A DNA stretch of 64,000 bases from Eledone cirrhosa (taxonomy: Eukaryota): the NCBI GenBank assembly GCA_964016885.1, contig OZ024765.1:20522001-20586000 (forward strand). The letters run 5' to 3'. Position numbers and translations under genes: made by a program. The notes under the pieces are model-generated. The model did no database searches and was not told where the DNA came from. It saw nothing but the letters and a program-made list of their open reading frames with translations. Within the stretch, counting starts at the first letter, position 1. Every line of letters starts with the position of its first letter. Below are positions 53,896-64,000 of this stretch, in pieces.

Positions 53896-54516
53896 TTATC
53901 GAAGGATCTACCCTTCATTAAAGAATAAATTAGACTTATGCTTACATCGCCGACAACAGGAAGACAACAGAAACGGTCCCTCTATCTGAAATATTTAGGA
54001 ATCTACACAGGGCCCTGTTGGCCAAGAGGGTACATCTTCCTACCAAAAGAATTATTTTAACAGGCCTACCTCCTCAAGGGCCCAAGGAAGTGGCTTTACA
54101 ACTTAACTAGCACAGGGCCTCATTTGTCCTAAATCCGGAACCTGACTTTACAGATAATTATATATATATATATATAGTGTGTGTATGTAGATGTATGACC
54201 CCTAGCAAGCCAAACTACAGTTTACACCCCAACACGGACTGCAATTGGAAACGTTACCTGTTATAGATGTCAAATAATTTGTTAGTGAAATACCGGTGTA
54301 ACACGAAATATGTTACCAGTGGATCTATTTCACTTTACCCTAGCTTCAACTCATACCCTGGTAACTTATAACTGTGTTAAAGTTAGATTATTAGGACCCA
54401 TAAATACAGGATGGTTACGGCTGGAATGTCATTGCTTGGTCAGTTATTACAACTGTATCCCACTTCATGGCCAATACATTTGTTAGAAATAGCAGTTCAA
54501 TCTGAAGAACATCACA

Positions 54517-54750
54517 GCAGATCATCTGGTTGTAGGATCAATTCAACCCTGGAGGGATGAGAAATTAAGTCAAGGTATATTTTATCAAAGAACAGGAAAA
54601 ATAAAAATGAAAGTCAACCCCTTTGAAGTATTAATGACATTGGGAAAGCCATGAACCTCACTACGTCCATTAAGCTTCAAAATAAAAAGTAGGTTCATAT
54701 TTATTAATTCCCAGTGTGTTTTTGTGGCTGTAGGTATTGGAGATGGTTAA
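54517..54750 (+). pseudogene. Decayed paralogue of the upstream block, TATA region and 5' part of a tRNA-like unit
   Basis: GATCATCTGGTTGTAGGATC..AACCC..GAAAGCCATGAACCTCACTACGTC, 17 bp, AAAAGTAGGTTCATATTTA..TAGGTATTGGAGATGGT; truncated by the 48 bp minisatellite. Confidence 0.6.
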
Positions 54751-54760
54751 TGACGTAGTA

Positions 54761-55490
54761 GTCTATGTCATTAACCCTTTCATTACAATATTTCTAATGA
54801 AAGACACTGTCTATGTCATTAACCCTTTCATTACCATATTTCTAATGAAAGACACTGTCTATGTCATTAACCCTTTCATTACCATATTTCTAATGAAAGA
54901 CACTGTCTATGTCATTAACCCTTTCATTACCATATTTCTAATGAAAGACACTGTCTATGTCATTAACCCTTTCATTACCATATTTCTAATGAAAGACACT
55001 GTCTATGTCATTAACCCTTTCATTACCATATTTCTAATGAAAGACACTGTCTATGTCTTTAACCCTTTCATTACCATATTTCTAATGAAAGACACTGTTT
55101 ATGTCATTCACCCTTTCATTACCATATTTCTAATGAAAGACACTGTTTATGTCATTAACCCTTTCATTACCATATTTCTAATGAGAGACACTGTTTATGT
55201 CATTAACTCTTTCATTACCATATTTCTAATGAAAGACACTGTCTATGTCTTTAACCCTTTCATTACCATATTTCTAATGAAAGACCCTCTATGTCTTTAA
55301 CCCTTTCATTACCATATTTCTACTGAAAGACCCTCTATGTCTTTAACCCTTTCATTACCATATTTCTAATGAAAGACCCTCTATGTCTTTAACCCTTTCA
55401 TTATCATATTTCTACTGAAAGACCCTCTATGTCTTTAACCCTTTCATTACCATATTTCTACTGAAAGACCCTCTATATCTTTAACCCTTT
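54761..55490. repeat. 48 bp minisatellite, ~15 copies
   Basis: Unit GTCTATGTCATTAACCCTTTCATTACCATATTTCTAATGAAAGACACT. Confidence 0.97.
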
Positions 55491-55647
55491 TTAGGTTTTT
55501 ACAGAACAACAAGATCGAGATGTTTTTATTTCAATATATTTTTGGTATAGCATGGGTTAGATGGTTTTGTTCCATTTGATACGGGAATGGTCAGGAGACT
55601 GTGTCTTGCTCACATGAAAGATATATCTTACATATATATATATAAGT

Positions 55648-55812
55648 AGAGGAACCACGAAAAACATGGGCGGAGGTGGTGAGAGAAGACCTCAGATTGC
55701 TGAAGACCACAGAGGAGATGACGAAGCAATGTGACAAGTGGAGAGATGCTGTGCTGAATAGGACCCGTCCCACCCTCACAAGCAGGGAAAAGCGGATATA
55801 AAATAATGATGA
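55648..55812 (+). mobile_element. RTE LINE extreme 3' fragment with short (ATG)n tail
   Basis: AGAGGA.CCACGAAAAACATGGGCGGAGGTGGTGAGA...TGTGACAAGTGGAGA matches 47505-47610 and ends in AATGATGAT. Confidence 0.8.
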
Positions 55813-56139
55813 TACATATACACATATATATATCATCATCATCATCCTCAACATCATCATTTAATGTCTATTTTTCACGCTAGAATGGGTGGGTTAGACG
55901 GATCGTCTCATTTGAGGTAAGGAGGGTCAGGTGCCTGTGTCTGACTCAACTTACCTCAAACACCCCTCTCTCTCTCTCTATCTCTCTCTCTCTCTCTCTC
56001 TATCTCTTAACTGTAAGGAACATTAGACATTAGACATCTTTCATAGTCTGTCATGGCTTAACGACTTAACAGCTTACCAGCTCTAACCGGACAACTAGCC
56101 GGATATTTAAATTGATTCAAATTAGACAAACAATTAAGC

Positions 56140-56335
56140 AAATAATTGTTTCTACTTTAGGCACAAGGCCAGCAATTACCCCAGTGCATTACTGGTACTT
56201 TATTTTATCGACCCCCGTAAGGATGAAAGGCAAAGTCAACCTCGGCGGGATTTGAACTCAGATCGTAAAGGGACGTAACTATATGCGTCAAAGCATGGCG
56301 TCCGACTCTCTACTGATACTACCAATCCACCACCC
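56140..56335 (-). mobile_element. tRNA-derived SINE (same family as 61567-61790)
   Basis: Reverse complement of the head (GGATTGGTAGTATCAGTAGAGAGTCGGACGCCATGCT), B box GAGTTCAAATCC and body GAGGTTGACTTTGCCTTTCATCCTTACGGGGGTCGATAAAATAAAGTACCAG. Confidence 0.9.
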
Positions 56336-56873
56336 TACCATGGCATCCGACTCTCTACCGACACTGCCAATCCACCACCCTAGCATGGCGTCAGACCCTC
56401 TACCGATACTGCCCATCCACCACCCTAGCATGGGGTCAACCCTCTACCGATACTGCCCATCCACCGCCCTAGCATGGCGTCCGACTCTCTACCGATACTG
56501 CCCATCCACCACCCTAGCATGGCGTCCGACCCTCTACCGATACTGCCCATCCACCACCCTACCATGGCGTCAGACCCTCTACCGATACTGCCAATCCACC
56601 ACCCTAGCATGGGGTCAACCCTCTACCGATACTGCCCATCCACCACCCTAGCATGGCGTCCGACCCTCTACCGATACTGCCAATCCACCACCCTAGCATG
56701 GCGTCTGACCCTCTACCGATACTGCCAATCCACCACCCTACCATGGCGTCTGACCCTCTACCGATACTGCCAATCCACCATCCTAGCATGGCGTCCGACC
56801 CTCTACCGATACTGCCAATCCACCACCCTAGCATGGCGTCCGACCCTCTACCGACACTGCCAATCCACCACCC
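56294..56873. repeat. 45 bp minisatellite, ~13 copies, derived from the SINE 5' head
   Basis: Unit CATGGCGTCCGACCCTCTACCGATACTGCCAATCCACCACCCTAG is the reverse complement of ~61566-61609. Confidence 0.95.
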
Positions 56874-57129
56874 TTCAATTAAACAAATAATGAATTTTCT
56901 CTAGAAACAAGTGTTGTGTGTGGTGACAAAAGCCAAACAGCTTGAGTGAAGGTAACAGCTGTTATGTTTAGCATACCAAAACAGCATGTGTTGTGAGAAG
57001 TGACATCTTGTGGTCATTTGGTGTAAATGTTGCATTAATATTGCTTATTTGATTACTGTCAGCCATGATAGAAACAATCATTTATTCAACACATGATATT
57101 GGAGATTATAATAAATATTGATTGCTGTC

Positions 57130-57692
57130 TGTTGTTGTTGTTGTTGCTGTGCTGTAATTGTTGTTGTTGGTGGTGTTGTTGTTGCTGTGCTGTAATTGTT
57201 GTTGTTGGTGGTGGTGGTGGTGGTGTTGTTGTTGATGGTGTTGTCGTTGTTGGTGGTGGTGTTGTTGTTCTTGTTGATGGTGTTGTTGTTGTTGTTGGTG
57301 GTGGTGTCGTTGCTGTTGTTGTTGGTGGTGGTGGTGGCGTTGTTGATGGTGGTGGTGTTGTTGTTGTTGGTGGTGGTGTTGTTGGTGTTGGTGTCGTCGT
57401 TGGTGGTGGTGGTGTTGTTGTTGTTCTTGTTGGTGGTGGTGTCGTTGCTGTTGTTGGTGGTGGTGGTGGCGTTGTTGTTGGTGGTGGCGCTGTTGTTGTT
57501 GTTGGTGGTGGTGTTGCTGTTGTTGGTGGTGTTGTTGCTGTTGTTGTTGGTGGTGTTGTTGTTGGTGGTGGTGGTATTGTTGTTGTTGTTGGTGTTGTTG
57601 TTGTTGGTGGTGGTGGTATTGTTGTTGTTGTTGGTGTTGTTGTTGTTGGTGGTGGTGGTATTGTTGTTGTTGTTGGTGGTGGTGGTGTTGTG
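57130..57692. repeat. Compound (GTT)/(GGT) trinucleotide microsatellite
   Basis: Direct inspection. Confidence 0.97.
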
Positions 57693-58067
57693 ATTCTGTC
57701 AACATATAAAGAGAGAGGAGTAGTATGAGGTAGTCAAACTACTCCTCCCTCTTTACATGTGACAGAATCGCAGAAATTTATATCTAGATCTGACTACTGT
57801 TGACACACACACATACAGACTCCTACACTTACACATACATATAAACATGCACACACACACACATACATACATACGTACGTACACATACATACAAACTTGC
57901 ACACACACACACCCACACTCACACATACATAAATACACACACATGCAGACACAGTCTCACCTACACACAAACATATACACACATACACACACATACAAAT
58001 GTGCATACTCACACATACACATCATAACATACACACACCCACACAAACACACATTTATATAAATAAA

Positions 58068-58166
58068 TATAAAGAACTATACTTTACATATATATACACA
58101 CTTTACAACTATATATATATTGAGTACTACACAGATGTGTGGTCTTGTTTATTGAACACAGAACAC

Positions 58167-58209
<43 letters not shown>

Positions 58210-58301
58210 AACTATACTTTACATATATATACACACTTTACAACTATATATATATTGAGTACTACACAGATGTGTGGTCTTGTTTATTGAACACAGAACA
58301 C

Positions 58302-58342
<41 letters not shown>

Positions 58343-58460
58343 AACTATACTTTACATATATATACACACTTTACAACTATATATATATTGAGTACTACAC
58401 AGATGTGTGGTCTTGTTTATTGAACACAGAACACTTCATATATATATATATATATATATA
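58068..58460. repeat. Three tandem copies of a ~100 bp unit, each followed by (TA)n
   Basis: TATAAAGAACTATACTTTACA...CTACACAGATGTGTGGTCTTGTTTATTGAACACAGAACACTTCA at ~58068, ~58203 and ~58337. Confidence 0.95.
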
Positions 58461-58843
58461 TTTACGTAGGTCCCGGGTTGAGTTGGGGATAACCACAGTA
58501 AGTAAGGTACTCAATACATGGCAGAGTAAATTTTTTTTATTTTATAGAAGGAGCTTCTACGTACTAGTCCTGTAGAAGCTTCTTCTATAAAATATATATA
58601 TATTTATATAAATCAGGAAAGAAGAGTGACACGGTTTGCTATACAAAAAAGGTTTTTAGTCTCATTGCTGACAATTGTTTCTCTGAACTGGTAGGTCTAG
58701 AGATCGCTACCCGCTTATTTTCACGTTACTCGATCGCCAATACAAAGTTATAACCAGTCAGTTCTTCCACTACCCGGAGTACCATAACTGGACTACACCT
58801 AAGTGGACTGCATATAACTATTATTTGTTACCCCATATATATT

Positions 58844-58879
<36 letters not shown>

Positions 58880-59150
58880 CATACATATATATATTTACAT
58901 ATTATATATATATATATACACATACATACATATATATATTTACATATTATATATATTTATTTATTTATTCATATATATATATATATATATATTTATTTAT
59001 ACATACATATTATATATATATATATATATATATTTTGAAAGAGACTAAAAAAACACACAAAAATCCTTTGAGCCTTTATCATATATAATATACACACATA
59101 TATATACATATATATATAATATACACACACACACACATATATATACACAC

Positions 59151-59189
<39 letters not shown>

Positions 59190-59249
59190 CATATATATAC
59201 ATATATATATATATATACAAACATATATATAATTACATATATACACACA

Positions 59250-59626
59250 CAATGACACACGACCGTGACTTCTGGCGTCACGCAGTAATACAGGGTACCC
59301 GACCTCCCATGGGTACATGCTGAAGCATATAAACAATATGCCCCCCCCCCCCCACCGCAAGGTGGTCGTGGAGGTGCCACGGCAAAAAAGCACCCAGCCC
59401 ACACTGTAAAGTGGACGTGTAGGCGCCACGAAAAAGCACCCAGCACTCACTGTAAATGAGGTTGGTGTTAGGAAGGGCATCCAGCTGTAGAAATCAAGCC
59501 AGATCAGTTCCTGTATGAGCAAGGCATGGTCAGCCGACCAGACACTGCCCACAACAGGACAACCCGTCTAACCCATGCTAGCGTGGAAGAACGGACGTAA
59601 AACGGTGATGATGATGATGATGATGA
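59250..59626 (+). mobile_element. RTE-type 3' UTR / RTE-dependent SINE tail with (ATG)n
   Basis: CACTGTAAA..GGTTGGTGTTAGGAAGGGCATCCAGCTGTAGAAA..AACCCATGCTAGCGTGGAA.AACGGACGTAAAACG(GT)GATGATGATG is the reverse-complement homologue of 44055-44220. Confidence 0.85.
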
Positions 59627-59675
59627 TATATAAATATAATTTGAAGGAGACTGAAAAAAACACAATATTTGAGAT

Positions 59676-59787
59676 TACCAGGATACTGAAAAGTTCCTGA
59701 CTTTGGATAAAAGAAAATACAGGAGGATCAGTTAATTATGATTTTATTCCACATATTCCCCTCTCGGCTTCACACACTTATTGCAGC
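59676..59787 (+). mobile_element. Probable Tc1/mariner-type left terminus
   Basis: TA followed by CCAGGATACTGAAAAGTTCCTG...TTTTATTCCACATATTCCCCTCTC resembles mariner TIR/subterminal sequence. No right TIR was found. Confidence 0.45.
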
Positions 59788-61243
59788 AGTCCTACCTCCC
59801 CTGTAAAGGTAGCTGCTCTACCCTTTCACAGTCCAACCTCTCCTGTAAAGGTAACAGCTATACCTCCCTTGTAAAATTACAGCTCTACCTGTTCAGTCCT
59901 ACCTCCTCCTGTATAGGTAACAAGTCTACCCTTCCACAGTCCTACCTCCCCTGTAAAGGTAACAAGTCTACCCTTTCACAGTCCTACCTCCCCCGTAAAG
60001 GTAACAGCTCTACCCTTTCAGTCATACCTCCCCTGTAAAGGTAACAGCTCTATCCTTTCACTGTCCTACCTCCCCTGTAAAGGTAACAGCTCTACCCTTT
60101 CACAGTCCTACCTCCCCTGTAAAGGTAACAGCTCTACCCTTTCACAGTCCTACCTCCCCTGTAAAGGTAACAGCTCTACCCTTTCAGTCCTACCTCCCCT
60201 GTAAAGGTAACAGCTCTACCCTTTCAGTCCTACCTCCCCTGTATAGGTAACAGCTCTACCCTTTCAGTCCTACCTCCCCTGTAAAGGTAACAGCTCTACC
60301 CTTTCACAGTCCTACCTCCCCTGTAAAGGTAACAGCTCTACCCTTTCAGTCCTACCTCCCCTGTATAGGTAACAGCTCTACCCTTTCAGTCCTACCTCCC
60401 CTGTAAAGGTAACAAGTCTACCCTTTCACAGTCCTACCTCCCCATGTAAAGGTAACAGCTCTGCCCTTTCACTGTCCTTCCTCCCCTGTAAAGGTAACAG
60501 CTCTACCCTTTCACAGTCCTACCTCCCCTGTAAAGGTAACAAGTCTACCCTTTCACAGTCCTACCTCCCCTGTAAAGGTAACAGCTCTACCCTTTCACAG
60601 TCCTTCCTCCCCTGTAAAGGTAACAGCTCTACCCTTTCACAGTCCTACCTCCCCTGTAAAGGTAACAAGTCTACCCTTTCAGTCCTACCTCCCCTGTAAA
60701 GGTAACAACTCTACCCTTTCAGTCCTACCTCCCCTGTAAAGGTAACAGCTCTACCCTTTCACAGTCTTCCTCCCCTGTAAAGGTAACAGCTCTGCCCTTT
60801 CACTGTCCTTCCTCCCCTGTAAAGGTAACAGCTCTACCCTTTCACAGTCCTACCTCCCCTGTAAAGGTAACAAGTCTACCCTTTCACAGTCCTACCTCCC
60901 CTGTAAAGGTAACGGCTCTACCCTTTCACAGTCTTCCTCCCCTGTATAGGTAACAGCTCTACCCTTTCACAGTCCTACCTCCCCTGTATAGGTAACAGCT
61001 CTACCCTTTCACAGTCCTACCTCCCCTGTAAAGGTAACAGCTCTACCCTTTCACAGTCCTACCTCCCCTGTAAAGGTAACAGCTCTACCCTTTCACAGTC
61101 TTCCTCCCCTGTATAGGTAACAGCTCTACCCTTTCACAGTCTTCCTCCCCTGTATAGGTAACAGCTCTACCCTTTCACAGTCCTACCTCCCCTGTATAGG
61201 TAACAGCTCTGCCCTTTCACAGTCCTACCTCCCCTGTAAAGGT
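59787..61243. repeat. 40-42 bp minisatellite, ~35 copies
   Basis: Unit CAGTCCTACCTCCCCTGTAAAGGTAACAGCTCTACCCTTTCA. Confidence 0.97.
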
Positions 61244-61434
61244 AATAACTCGAGACACCGTCAAAGACAGGATCTTCTCTGTAAAGTAAGTAACATTTCA
61301 TTGTTTCAACTGATTAAATGTTATCTTTTGTTTCATACAGATTGTTGTACCTACAGCAATATCTGGTGGGTTCTGTCTGTTTTGGACACCTTAGCACCTT
61401 TACATTGAGGGTTCTTGGTCAACAAGTTGGTAAC

Positions 61435-61552
61435 TGAGTTCAAATCCCACCGAGGTTAACTTGCCTTTCATCCTTACGGGGGTCGATAAAATAAAGTACC
61501 AGTAATATACTGGGGTAATTGCTGGCCTTGTGCCAAAAGTAGAAACAATTAT
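61435..61552 (+). mobile_element. 5'-truncated SINE
   Basis: GAGTTCAAATCCCACCGAGGTTAACTTGCCTTTCATCCTTACGGGGGTCGATAAAATAAAGTACCAG. Confidence 0.88.
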
Positions 61553-61566
61553 ACATGTGTGTTTAT

Positions 61567-61790
61567 GGGTAGTGGATTGGCAGTATCGGTAGAGGGTCGG
61601 ACGCCATGCTTTGCAGCATAGAGTTACGGCCCTTTATGGTCTGAGTTCAAATCCCGCCGAGGTTAACTTTGCCTTTCGTTCTTACGGGGTCGATAAAATA
61701 AAGTACCAGTCACACACTGGGGTCGATTTAATTGACTTACCCCTTCCCCAAAATTGCTGGCCTTGTGCCTATATAAGAAACCATTATATA
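61567..61790 (+). mobile_element. Full-length tRNA-derived SINE
   Basis: A box TGGCAGTATCGG, B box GAGTTCAAATCC, conserved body GCCTTTCGTTCTTACGGGGTCGATAAAATAAAGTACCAG, (TA)n tail. Confidence 0.9.
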
Positions 61791-62071
61791 TATATATATA
61801 TGTGTGTATACATTTTTTTTTAAATGGTGGTTTTGGAAGCCTCTACAATACAGATGGGTAAATCTCTGGGTAATAAAATCAGGTGGCAGTAGGTAGAAGG
61901 AAGAGAAATGTAGAAAGAGATGTAAAACGCTGTAAAAAGCCCAGAGATGGAGTTACTTTGGAAGAGTTTTATTTGTCCCTATATTTCGGATTTCACATCC
62001 ATCGACAGTAGTGTTTCAGAAGGGAAATAGATATGTCGGGGAAGGGAACAATATAGCTGCTGTTAGTGTAT

Positions 62072-63287
62072 ATCATCATCATCCTCGTTTAACATCCACT
62101 TTACACGCTAGCATGGGTTAGACGGGAGTTGTCCCACTTGAGGCAAGGTTGGTCAGGTGACCGTTTCTCTCTCATATAGGACTATCTGGCAGGTTTGCTA
62201 CAACTGGATGCCCTTCCTAACACCAACCACATTTACAGTGTGGAACTGGGAACTTTTTACCGTGTTACCTACACTGCCACATTACAGCGGGGACTGTGTT
62301 TTTTTCTCGTGAAACCTACACAATCTCGATCTCATTATCTCATTTATTTCAACTGGATGTTGTGGTACCAACTTTATAGAGAGGGTGTGGTGTTGGTGGG
62401 AGTGGGAGGATAGGGTAGGGGTAGTGGATTGGGGTGTATATTTGGTTAAGAGGTGCCTACTGACTGTAGGTTTCGCAAGGCGGGTCTTCAAAATTACTGC
62501 GTAGCGCCAAAGATCTCGGTCCAGTGACATTGTCTTAGAGAGGTGCAAGTGTGTAAGGTTGGAATTTATCAAATCATCTCAGGTAACTACCATAAATTTT
62601 GATCGCCCTGCACTATTTTATACAGCTGTCGTCTTTCATGCGCATCACGTGACCATACCAACGTAGTCTTCTCTCAAGTAAACATCTGATCAGCATCTGA
62701 TCCCTCTTATTCCTAATTTCTCACTTAGTTCATTTATGCTTTGCCGTTCACGTATATTACTATTACACATCCAACAGAGCATGCAAGCTTCGTTCCTCTC
62801 CAGTCTGCGTATATCCTCTGCACGCAATGCCCCCGTCTCACTGCCATGTAGCATTGCTGTTCATATACAAGCATCATACAATCTGCCTTTCATTTTTAGA
62901 GAGAGACCTTTAGCGGCCAATAGTGGTATAAGCTCTCTGAACTTTTTCCATCCCGTTCTGACTCTGGCTACTGTACTTTCAGAGCACCCTCCACCACTGC
63001 TGATTTTGTCACCCAGGTAACGGAAGGTATCCACTATTTCTATAGAGCCATCTAGGCAATAGAATGAGCTAGTATCCTGTGGATACTTGCTACCTATTGC
63101 ACCTGAGCACCGGCCACATATAAACTCTATGTTCTTAGATAATTTACCTGTGATCCCACTACATCTTTTATGTACCCATACTTTGCATTTGGGACATAAA
63201 ATGGAATTTCTGCCTACTCCTTTCCTACACACTGAGCATGGCCATTTCCCTGAGGGCACCTGTGCCCTATTTTCCTTTCTACAAACT
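62072..63287 (-). mobile_element. RTE LINE 3' part, third copy (PHD-like finger intact)
   Basis: ORFs 62861-63259 and 62282-62572 are homologous to the 44-46 kb element (FRYLGD, RVRTGWKKFRELIPLL, KGRLYDACI); (CAT)n at 62072. Confidence 0.93.
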
Positions 63288-63325
63288 ATATAAAGTGGTA
63301 AGTAGGTGCCATGACAATATCTAGT

Positions 63326-63790
63326 CTATCTGCAACCCCACCACATCTCTTGTCCATCCATCCATAGATTGCATTGTGTGCACCTTATAGAATATCTGCC
63401 CATCCCTTTCTGACATATCAAACAAGGCCATTTCCCTGATGGTATCCCCCTCCAGCCCCCTTTCCTACTTATTAGGACTTGTATCTTTGCTAAGTTTACT
63501 TTTAGTCCTTTCCACTCTGGGTTCTTCCCTCCATGCTTCAAATCTTGTCTCTAACTCTCCTACAGATTCAGCTATGAGGTCTAGCTCATCAGTTTATAGG
63601 AGCCCCCTTGGAGTGCCAGTTTTAACCCCTTAGTGATGGCCTGAAGGTCTATGATAAAGAGGAGGGCACTGCTGACAGCCCTGGTGGACTCCCATCACTG
63701 TACTTGATTCCAACTCTCACCCTGCTGGTTGCTCCTTTATATATGGCCGGCACCGCCTTCACAAGACATTCCTGTATAGCTAGCTTCCTG
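63326..63790 (-). mobile_element. Older RTE RT fragment
   Basis: RKLAIQECLVKAV..GVHQG..GLKVNLAKIQVL..GKWPCLICQKGMGRYSIRCTQCNLW, with many disruptions. Confidence 0.8.
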
Positions 63791-63794
63791 GGGA

Positions 63795-64000
63795 TAGAGG
63801 GAGAGAGAGAGGGAGAGAGAGAGGGAGAGAGAGAGGGAGAGAGAGAGGAACTAGATGGAGAGAGAGAGAGGAACTAGATGGAGAGAGAGAGAGAGAGAGG
63901 AACTAGATGGAGAGAGAGAGAGAGAGAGAAACTAGATGGAGAGAGAGAGAGGAACTAGAGGGAGAGAGAGAGGGAGAGAGAGGAACTAGATGGAGAGAGA
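63795..64000. repeat. (GA)n microsatellite with interspersed GGAACTAGATGG units
   Basis: Direct inspection. Confidence 0.95.

Noticed and set aside
54737-55300. 187 aa repeat ORF and CRISPR-like appearance of the 48, 45 and 42 bp arrays
   Set aside because: These are contiguous tandem units with no unique spacers and no cas genes. The ORFs stay open only because the unit length is a multiple of 3.
56283-56904. MASDPLPILPIHHPS repeat ORFs
   Set aside because: Translation of the SINE-head minisatellite.
57093-57728. Poly-Q/H (minus) and poly-V/G or poly-L/V (plus) ORFs
   Set aside because: A trinucleotide microsatellite open in several frames on both strands, with no unique coding flanks or convincing splice context.
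57753-59552. YI/CV/HT-rich ORFs
   Set aside because: Translations of (TA)n and (CA)n microsatellites.

Overview
Eukaryotic, AT-rich, microsatellite-laden DNA with no intact protein-coding gene. The SINE/RTE/MITE repertoire looks cephalopod (octopus-like); that assignment is recognition from memory, not a database result. Bases 1-38587 are a head-to-tail macrosatellite of about 8.4 copies of a 4.56-4.69 kb unit that runs off the left edge. Each unit is a mosaic of old TE debris (a CR1/L2 RT remnant, a hAT MITE, a SINE body) around a ~780 bp cassette of four tRNA-like, RNA polymerase III-style units arranged > < < >. Each has a TATA element 40-42 bp before an A box, a B box about 45 nt after the A box and an oligo-T terminator, yet none folds as a functional tRNA. 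Diverged paralogues at 42.4-42.8, 51.3 and 54.6 kb keep the spacing of an upstream motif and the TATA region, and those at 42 and 51 kb also keep the A-B spacing. This is the best candidate for an undescribed system: a DNA-amplified family of TATA-driven Pol III ncRNA genes. The rest (38.6-64 kb) holds an older diverged copy of the unit, RTE LINE fragments carrying a PHD finger, a CR1 LINE nested in a SINE, a piggyBac-like MITE nested in a hAT MITE, a perfect 515 bp palindrome containing Penelope-type minimal hammerhead motifs, and three minisatellites, two clearly grown from TE ends.
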